Notes under the pieces: generated by a model
What the model was told of the DNA's origin: nothing
The model's input: only the letters and a program-made list of their open reading frames with translations
Databases searched by the model: none
Made by a program: the position numbers and the translations under genes
Assembly: GCF_900155965.1 (NCBI RefSeq)
Contig: NZ_FTMG01000016.1
Span: 6,035 to 30,034 of the forward strand
Source of the DNA: Mucilaginibacter lappiensis
GTDB taxonomy: Bacteria > Bacteroidota > Bacteroidia > Sphingobacteriales > Sphingobacteriaceae
Length of the DNA: 24,000 nucleotides
Reading direction: 5' to 3'
Part shown: piece after piece, positions 8,540-14,812 of the stretch
How positions within the stretch are numbered: the stretch's first letter is position 1
Layout of the letters: every line of letters starts with the position of its first letter

Positions 8540-9616
8540 TTAAGACGTCATGATCTTTGATGTATCCTCTATTAAGGATTGCATCAAAACAGCTGCCTTA
8601 GTATGTTTGAGTATAGGTGCAATTTGCCCGCCCCAGAACAATACCATATCCCATTTTTGCTGATCAAGTGCGGCTTTTCTTAGTGAAGACATAAACGTAG
8701 TTTGCAAAGGGAAGGGCAAAAATTGTTTCTCTTGGCCTATTAAATCTTTGGCTACCCTGCTGGTTATACCCCTGCCCAACCGCCCTGTAAAGGCACGCGA
8801 CAGTGTGGTGTATTTAGCGGCATCAGAAAACAACATTTGCCGGTGAGCGGGTAATGCGCCCGATTCATCACAAGCCAAAAACGCAGTGCCGATCTGCGCG
8901 GCATCTGCACCCAAAGTGAGCGCCGCGGCAACACCGCGACCAGTTGCAATACCTCCGGCGGCAATGATAGGCGTTTTTACCTTTTCCCTGATCAACTGAA
9001 CCAGCACAAAAGTTCCGGTAGTTGATTGTTCGGCAGAAGCCAAAAATGAGGGGCGGTGACCACCGGATTCAAAACCCGACGCGATGATCATATCTACACC
9101 GGCAGCTTCCAGGGCAATAGCTTCGTCAAGCGTTGTGGCGGCACCCACAGTTTTAATACCCAGTTTACCGCATTGCTCCAGGATATCTGCAGAGGGTATG
9201 CCAAACATAAAGCTGAATACTTTTGGACGAGTGCTCAAAATAACCTCAACCTGGTTTTCAAAGCGGGGTTTAAAGACCGCTGGTTTTTGGGGCAAAGCAA
9301 TCCCGGCTTCATCAAAATAGGGCTTAAATAAAGTTTTAGTCTGCTCAAAATGCTCGGCAGAAACAGTACCATCCACTGCATCGGTATCAGAAACCCACAG
9401 GTTAATATTGTAGGGCTTATTGGTGGCTGCTTTTAGCTGTTTATCCTTCTCATAGATCTCCTGCGGACTTAAAGTGTAGGCTCCAAATCCCCCTAAACCA
9501 CCTGCGTTAGATACTGTAGCCACCAATTCAACTGTAGACAGTCCTCCGCCAAATGGCCCTTGCATGATCGGGTAATCAATTCCTAATATTTCTGTTGCTT
9601 TTGTGTTATACCACAT
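8540..9616 (-). CDS. Nitronate monooxygenase (NMO / 2-nitropropane dioxygenase-like, FMN TIM barrel)
   Basis: 358 aa. The N-terminus (YPIMQGPFGGGLS) and the segments IIASGFESGGH and IIAAGGIATGRG are typical of the NMO family. Confidence 0.82.
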   Translation of the reverse strand: MWYNTKATEILGIDYPIMQGPFGGGLSTVELVATVSNAGGLGGFGAYTLSPQEIYEKDKQLKAATNKPYNINLWVSDTDAVDGTVSAEHFEQTKTLFKPYFDEAGIALPQKPAVFKPRFENQVEVILSTRPKVFSFMFGIPSADILEQCGKLGIKTVGAATTLDEAIALEAAGVDMIIASGFESGGHRPSFLASAEQSTTGTFVLVQLIREKVKTPIIAAGGIATGRGVAAALTLGADAAQIGTAFLACDESGALPAHRQMLFSDAAKYTTLSRAFTGRLGRGITSRVAKDLIGQEKQFLPFPLQTTFMSSLRKAALDQQKWDMVLFWGGQIAPILKHTKAAVLMQSLIEDTSKIMTS

Positions 9617-9660
9617 GATTATATAATTTTTATTGCTTTATGCCACCAATTATTTGTGAA

Positions 9661-9972
9661 CTAATAGCTATTTAACGCTGTCAAATAAACTACCTCTATC
9701 TCATCGTCTTTTATCTTCCCTTTCACGTAATCAAAGAACGTAGCAGCATAGTTATAAGTTTTATGTAATTCAAAAGCTTCCTGGTTTTGATACACCTCGT
9801 AATTAACAATAATCCGTGGCAAATCTTCCCGGGTATTCACCTGAAATAATTCGCAACCCGCTTCCTTGCGGGTTTCAATAGCCATTGTGACCATTGCGTT
9901 TTTTACTTCCTCCTCAAAACCCGGCAATATATCTATATTGGCGATCAACGTTATCTTACTATTCATGACCAA
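9661..9972 (-). CDS. Antibiotic-biosynthesis-monooxygenase (ABM) domain protein
   Basis: About 100 aa with a ferredoxin-like ABM pattern (GCELFQVNTREDLPRIIVNYEVYQNQEAFELH). The start could also be the Met two codons downstream (9966). Confidence 0.7.
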   Translation of the reverse strand: MVMNSKITLIANIDILPGFEEEVKNAMVTMAIETRKEAGCELFQVNTREDLPRIIVNYEVYQNQEAFELHKTYNYAATFFDYVKGKIKDDEIEVVYLTALNSY

Positions 9973-9989
9973 AATATTTTTAATATGTT

Positions 9990-10442
9990 TTATTGAGCGA
10001 TATCACTGATCATTTTATTAACGATGAGCCATTTGCCATCGATCTGATGGAAAGACAGTAACTCATGGTAATTGAAATCATACATTTTTACCTTTACCTC
10101 GGCAACGGCAATGGAATTTATTACCCTGATATCAATAATCTCCCCTTTAAATGGTTTGCCCGAATCTTTAGGGCTTTGGCGGTTTGCCACACCATCTAAA
10201 TATTGCTCCAGTGTTTTGGCATAGGGCTGTCCTTTTACATCACCAAATAATAATGTACCGCTGTAATAAATTTTGCTTAATGAGTTTACATCCCCTTCAT
10301 ATATTCCTTTGAAGTAGTGTTGTTCGAGCACCTCAGTGATGGCAGCTCTGCTTTGCTGATTACTTTCCATTTTCTTTAAGTTTTGTGCTTTAATGTTCTG
10401 CAAGGTACAGAACATTAAAGCGGTTAATAAAAGGGTTTTCAT
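9990..10442 (-). CDS. NTF2-fold protein (SnoaL-like / putative lumazine-binding type) with a signal peptide
   Basis: It has a signal-like N-terminus (MKTLLLTALMFCTLQNIKAQ). The core (HYFKGIYEGDVNSLSKIY...FHQIDGKWLIVNK) resembles the nuclear transport factor 2 family. Confidence 0.6.
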   Translation of the reverse strand: MKTLLLTALMFCTLQNIKAQNLKKMESNQQSRAAITEVLEQHYFKGIYEGDVNSLSKIYYSGTLLFGDVKGQPYAKTLEQYLDGVANRQSPKDSGKPFKGEIIDIRVINSIAVAEVKVKMYDFNYHELLSFHQIDGKWLIVNKMISDIAQ

Positions 10443-10443
10443 A

Positions 10444-11178
10444 TCAATTTAAATTATGCCCGGCTGCCATACCACCATCTACATTGATGATGGCGCCGGT
10501 AATAAATTTACTCTTGGCAACGGTATAAACCATTTCGGCAATGTCTTCCACTTCGCCTACTCGGTTTAGCAGATGTAAGCCAGCACTTTGGTCGGCTTTA
10601 TCGCCATGCATAGGGGTGCGGATAGTGCCGGGCGCGATAGTATTCACCCGGATGTTATCTTTACCAAACTCGCTTGCCAGCTGTATAGTAAGCGCTTGTA
10701 TAGCCCCCTTTGATGCCATTGGTGCAGTGATAGGAACTCCTGTAAGGGAGTGGTTCACTAAGGGTGTACCAATATTGATCACTACACCTTCGTGCTGTTT
10801 TAACATTTGTGGTATAACCGCCTGTGTGGTGAAATAGGTCCCTTTCAGGTTGGTATTCAAAAAGCGGTCGAGGTAAGCTTCATCCACTTCCAAAAAAGGT
10901 TTGGTTTCAAATATGCCTGCATTGTTTACCAACACATCTGCCGAACCAAATTTTTCGATGGCTTTGGCCACCAGCTGTTCGCCGGTTTGTTTATGGCTTA
11001 CGTTACCTGCTACCATGGCCAGGTTATCTCCGGCACCCAATTCGTTAAAAACTTGCTCCAATTTGTGGGCGGTTGAGGAATTGATCACTACATTATCGCC
11101 CTTTTCTAAAAAGTAACGGGCTATTTCTTTACCTATTCCGGATGATGCGCCGGTTACAATGACGGTTTGTTTTTTCAT
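10444..11178 (-). CDS. SDR family oxidoreductase
   Basis: It has the TGASSGIG motif, NNAG, and the typical 244-aa length. Confidence 0.88.
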   Translation of the reverse strand: MKKQTVIVTGASSGIGKEIARYFLEKGDNVVINSSTAHKLEQVFNELGAGDNLAMVAGNVSHKQTGEQLVAKAIEKFGSADVLVNNAGIFETKPFLEVDEAYLDRFLNTNLKGTYFTTQAVIPQMLKQHEGVVINIGTPLVNHSLTGVPITAPMASKGAIQALTIQLASEFGKDNIRVNTIAPGTIRTPMHGDKADQSAGLHLLNRVGEVEDIAEMVYTVAKSKFITGAIINVDGGMAAGHNLN

Positions 11179-11183
11179 GATTT

Positions 11184-11402
11184 TTATTTTTTATCGGCCG
11201 TAATACCTTTTTCTCTTAGCACGGATACTTGTTCACCGGCATAACCCCAATCGTCCAGGTCAACTTCCTGTATCACTACATGGGTTAAGTGCGGGTCTTT
11301 ATTGAGCGTACTGGTCAATAAATCGGTTACACCTTTTATTAAGGTTTGTTTTTGTTCACGGGTGACTCCTTCACGGGTGATTTCGATTTTTACGAATGGC
11401 AT
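11184..11402 (-). CDS. 4-oxalocrotonate tautomerase family enzyme
   Basis: 72 aa. It begins MPFVKIEI, giving the catalytic Pro1 after Met removal, and has the typical tautomerase length. Confidence 0.8.
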   Translation of the reverse strand: MPFVKIEITREGVTREQKQTLIKGVTDLLTSTLNKDPHLTHVVIQEVDLDDWGYAGEQVSVLREKGITADKK

Positions 11403-11413
11403 GGCTGTAATTT

Positions 11414-11965
11414 TTAAGCTAAAGCGGTTTCTGCAACAGCGTTAGCGGTGATGGTTACCTGTAATTCAAACTCATTGTAGATCAGGGTATCACCCAGGTC
11501 TTTGAAGAAATTGCCAGAACGAAACTTCATGCCGTATTTGGTACGGTCGATCACGATTTTGCCCGATGCGGTAATTGCATCGCCAGCATTTTCGATTTGC
11601 GCGTCGAACGCTACCGGATGGGTAAGGTCTTTAATAGTCAGGTCTCCGTTAATATGATAAGACCCATTTCCCTTCGGCACTGATGTGGTGATCACGAATA
11701 TAGCTTCGGGATATTGTTTTGAATTGAAGAAATCCTCAGAAGCCAGGTGACCTGCAAATTGATCGTTGGTAGCCGGATCGGTTATGTCCAGAATGTTGAT
11801 CGATGTAGTATCGATGGTAAACCGGCCGCCGGTAAGCTGGCCATTGTTAAGGGTTAAAGAACCTTCTTTAACAGAGATAGTTCCGTTATGTGCGCCGGTT
11901 ACTTTGCGACCAGTCCAGTCGATGTTACTTTTAGCGCTGGCGATTTTAAAATTTTGTGTTTCCAT
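11414..11965 (-). CDS. YceI family (polyisoprenoid-binding-like) protein
   Basis: 183 aa. The segments (WTGRKVTGAHNGT...FTIDTTSI...HLASEDFFNSKQYPEAIF...GDLTIKDLTHPV) are typical of the YceI family. Confidence 0.85.
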   Translation of the reverse strand: METQNFKIASAKSNIDWTGRKVTGAHNGTISVKEGSLTLNNGQLTGGRFTIDTTSINILDITDPATNDQFAGHLASEDFFNSKQYPEAIFVITTSVPKGNGSYHINGDLTIKDLTHPVAFDAQIENAGDAITASGKIVIDRTKYGMKFRSGNFFKDLGDTLIYNEFELQVTITANAVAETALA

Positions 11966-12020
11966 GTTTGTATGTCTTTAATGACAATACAAATGTGGGA
12001 AGGAACCGAGAGGAACTTAC

Positions 12021-12034
12021 GTGACCTACATCAC
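12021..12034. promoter_or_regulatory. CRP/FNR-type operator candidate 1 (GTGA-N6-TCAC)
   Basis: The sequence is cGTGACCTACATCACa. It lies upstream of the yceI-like operon start (11965) and downstream of the Crp-family gene. Confidence 0.5.
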
Positions 12035-12057
12035 ATTTAAAAAGGCTGTTAAATTAA

Positions 12058-12071
12058 GTGATGTACATCAC
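12058..12071. promoter_or_regulatory. CRP/FNR-type operator candidate 2 (perfect 14-bp palindrome)
   Basis: GTGATGTACATCAC equals its own reverse complement. Its centre lies 37 bp from the centre of site 1. Confidence 0.5.
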
Positions 12072-12082
12072 ATTTTGAATGA

Positions 12083-12655
12083 TCAGTGCTGATAAAGCCT
12101 GCTCAGTGTTTCTCTCGAAACCCCTAAATAAGCGGCAATGAGATGTTTAGGGACAATGTTGTAGAGTGCAGGATATTGAGCCAGCAGCTCTTCATAGCGG
12201 TGTTTAGCATCATTGTTCATGAATGATAATAACCTTTTTTGGGAAGCAACATAACCCTTATTGGTGCGCCAGCGAAAAAAATGTTCTACCTGGTGAATCT
12301 CGTTGCAAAGTTTTTCCCGGTCATCGTTTGACAGGCAGAGCACCTCAGCGTCTGTAATGCAATCCAAATTGATGGTTGCTTTAGCATTACTGTAAAGCGC
12401 GTTATAATCTGATGACCACCAGGTTGGCATAGCAAATTGGAGGATGAACATTTTAAGGTCATCATTGATATAGAATGACTTGAGGCAGCCATCCAGTACA
12501 AAGTATTCATGATCTACCTTGTCGCCCGCGGCAATAATAACCTGGCCTTTTTTGAAAGATTGCAGTTTGAAATGCGAAAAAAGATAATCGAACTGCTCAT
12601 CTGTTAACGATATAGTTTTAGCGATATGCTCTTTGAGTAATTCTTTTGCTTGCAC
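12083..12655 (-). CDS. Crp/Fnr family transcriptional regulator (cNMP-binding domain plus C-terminal HTH)
   Basis: 190 aa. It has the beta-roll pattern (FKKGQVIIAAGDKVDHEYFVLDGCLKSFY) and a C-terminal HTH (IAAYLGVSRETLSRL). Confidence 0.88.
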   Translation of the reverse strand: MQAKELLKEHIAKTISLTDEQFDYLFSHFKLQSFKKGQVIIAAGDKVDHEYFVLDGCLKSFYINDDLKMFILQFAMPTWWSSDYNALYSNAKATINLDCITDAEVLCLSNDDREKLCNEIHQVEHFFRWRTNKGYVASQKRLLSFMNNDAKHRYEELLAQYPALYNIVPKHLIAAYLGVSRETLSRLYQH

Positions 12656-13069
12656 AAATCAAAAATACTTAATGCATTTAATATTTTACATAGTTAAGAT
12701 AGGTTCGATATAAAGGGCTGGCCAAACTATTTCGACGAACATTAATGAACAAAAACTGGGTTAACATGAAAAGCTGCTATTTAGCATTAAAATTATATTA
12801 ACTTATTGATTTTTAATTAGTTAAATTTATTTCAACCATAAAAAGTGTAAACCATGTAAACCCACTTTTGTGATGAAATGGCCCGGCTATTTAGGGGTAT
12901 AGCCACCAAGGGGTATTGTTTAAAAAGGGCGTCATGCTGATTTCTATGATAAAAGCAAAAGGTTTTTAATTAAGAAAGCACTTTTTAATTCCCTCCCACG
13001 GGAGGGGTGCGTTGGGCAGGTGTAATGGCAGGGAGGGGTTTCTATGCACGATGATTATCCTGTTCCATA

Positions 13070-13579
13070 AAAGCCCCTTTCTCCCCTTCCCTCAATGTCA
13101 TTAAGTTAAGGGGAAACGCAAAAGCAATTCCGCAAAAGCCCCCTCTAAACGGCGACGCCCTCATGTAATAATCTCCCCCGGAAGGGGAGACTTAGCTTCA
13201 ATTTTTTAAAGTGCTCCCTACCGGGGAGGATTTAGGTGGGGCTCCATGTGCTTAACTTAATGACATTGCCCCTTCCCTAGGGAAGCTACTGTGTGTACAC
13301 ATCTTTTTGATAAAACCCCGAAGGGGTTTCATGTCGGTAGAAATAGGATCAAAAGAGGTTTACGTGCCGTAGGTACGTCACTATTGATCTTTGCAGGTCA
13401 AATAATGACACATCAATAGACCTGAATTAGGTTAGTTTAGTACCTACGGCACTAAAAAGAGGTAGAATTTTATTGTTTCTACCGACATTTTGCTCCTCTG
13501 GAGCGGCTTTTTCTAATTATTAGTGCATCAAAAAGATGTGTACACACAGTAGCCCTAGGGAAGGGGAGAAAGGGGCTTT
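13070..13579. repeat. Large imperfect palindromic element (possible MITE or structured element), interrupted by a nested insertion
   Basis: 13070-13092 (AAAGCCCCTTTCTCCCCTTCCCT) is the exact reverse complement of 13557-13579. After removing 13093-13278, the arm identity extends to 53 matched nt with one 3-nt indel. Internal arm pairs are 13331-13343 with 13476-13488, and 13364-13376 with 13440-13452. Confidence 0.7.
13093..13268. mobile_element. 176-bp MITE-like non-autonomous element with 18-bp perfect terminal inverted repeats (TIRs) and a 10-bp target-site duplication
   Basis: The TIRs are CAATGTCATTAAGTTAAG (13093-13110) and CTTAACTTAATGACATTG (13251-13268). The direct repeat CCCCTTCCCT flanks the element at 13083-13092 and 13269-13278. 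There is no ORF inside. Confidence 0.7.
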
Positions 13580-13593
13580 GGCTTCCTGAACGG

Positions 13594-13681
13594 CTGTCAT
13601 GCTGAGCCCCGTCTAAGTATGGTGGGCGGGCCTCTGCGCTCTACCCTTCGACGGAGCTCAGGGTGGCAGACCCCTTTTTTT
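13594..13681 (+). repeat. REP-like imperfect hairpin followed by a T-run (terminator-like on the plus strand)
   Basis: The arms 13594-13617 and 13646-13669 pair at 21 of 24 positions when read as plus-strand RNA (19 Watson-Crick, 2 G-U). T7 lies at 13675-13681. The GTCATGCTGAGC ... GCTCAG arm motif resembles intergenic repeats that are common in Sphingobacteriaceae (from memory). Confidence 0.5.
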
Positions 13682-13691
13682 AACATTTCTG

Positions 13692-14144
13692 TTACTTTAT
13701 TTTCAGGCTTTGGGCGGTTGCCAATAGCTCTTCCGCTGTCATAAAGCCTTCGGCTTTTTTGGCAATGCCGCCATCGGCATTTAAAAAGAACAGCGTTGGC
13801 GTTGCTCTGATCTTATACCTGTCGTTTAGCTTGTGCCCTTCGGGGCTATCGATATCAATGGCTACATCTACAAATTGCTGGTTGTATACATCACCCAATT
13901 TTTTCTGAACCAATACTTCCTGTTCCATTTTTTTGCAGGTAGGGCACCAGGAAGCATGGGCAAATACAAACAAAGGTTTATTTTCTGCTTTGGCAATTTC
14001 CTCGGCTTGTGCCAAAGAAGTGATTTTGAAATTTACCCCATCATGTGAACTTAACATGGGCTTGTATCTCCTGGTGCAGGAAGTAATACCGAAAGACAGG
14101 CCAGCAATGGCCGCGATCATAAATAATTTTTGAAATATTTTCAT
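13692..14144 (-). CDS. Thioredoxin-fold lipoprotein (Thioredoxin_7/DsbD-gamma-like, CxxC)
   Basis: It has a lipoprotein signal (LSFGITSC) and a WCPTC active-site motif within FAHASWCPTCKKM. Length is 150 aa. Confidence 0.8.
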   Translation of the reverse strand: MKIFQKLFMIAAIAGLSFGITSCTRRYKPMLSSHDGVNFKITSLAQAEEIAKAENKPLFVFAHASWCPTCKKMEQEVLVQKKLGDVYNQQFVDVAIDIDSPEGHKLNDRYKIRATPTLFFLNADGGIAKKAEGFMTAEELLATAQSLKIK

Positions 14145-14162
14145 TTGATTTTAATTAATAGG

Positions 14163-14810
14163 TTATGCAACTTTTAACTGGATTTTCCGAAAGATGATCT
14201 TATACGCCAGCACTACTCCGGTTAATAATAAAGTACAACCCAATACCCAGTTGATGAGATTGTGTTGGGCTTTCAACACATTCATGAGATAGTTTCCTGC
14301 GCAGCCGTAAATTAGAAACGCCAAGCAGGTACCCGTACCAATAGCCGTTATATATATGTTGTAATTAGCCGCATCGGAGTATAATACCTTTCTGCCTTTT
14401 AGTACCGCCGTCCATCCCAGCCAAAACGGAATATGGAGCGGATTAAGCAAACTGAGCACCAGTCCCGAGTAAAATGGCTGCATGCCTATAAATGGCAGGG
14501 TATCCTCAAAATTGCGCATGTGAAATGCCGCTTCCAGACTTTTATAGGCCAGGTACAAAATGGCAAAGCAAAATACCACACTTAAGTATCTGAATAGTTT
14601 TTGTAGATGACCCAACTTATCGAGTAAAAACAGCGCTACCCTAACCAGGCTTACTTCAACCAAAATGGCGGCAAACCCAAATTCAAAGGCACCCATGAAA
14701 TTATTATTGAGCGCATAATTGGCTACACTAGTATTTAAGGTACCAATAGGCAATGCCCCAATAAAACTAATACTGAAAGCGGCAAAAAATAATTTAAAAT
14801 ATCTGGACAT
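14163..14810 (-). CDS. LysE/RhtB-type small-molecule exporter-like membrane protein
   Basis: 215 aa with about six hydrophobic segments. The N-terminus (FIGALPIGTLNTSVANYAL) resembles the LysE-family translocator pattern. The family call is tentative. Confidence 0.55.
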   Translation of the reverse strand: MSRYFKLFFAAFSISFIGALPIGTLNTSVANYALNNNFMGAFEFGFAAILVEVSLVRVALFLLDKLGHLQKLFRYLSVVFCFAILYLAYKSLEAAFHMRNFEDTLPFIGMQPFYSGLVLSLLNPLHIPFWLGWTAVLKGRKVLYSDAANYNIYITAIGTGTCLAFLIYGCAGNYLMNVLKAQHNLINWVLGCTLLLTGVVLAYKIIFRKIQLKVA

Positions 14811-14812
14811 GG

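Noticed and set aside
12745-12801. The short ORF MNKNWVNMKSCYLALKLY in the gene-free region, considered as a possible small peptide or toxin
   Set aside because: It is only 18 codons in an AT-rich promoter-like stretch, has no recognisable motif and I cannot assess its conservation. There is no support for calling it coding.
12985-13330. Possible CRISPR array, suggested by the recurrent GC-rich short palindromes
   Set aside because: The hairpins differ in sequence and length and are irregularly spaced. There is no repeated unit of constant length with unique spacers, and no cas genes are in the window. The pattern fits MITE or REP-like repeats instead.
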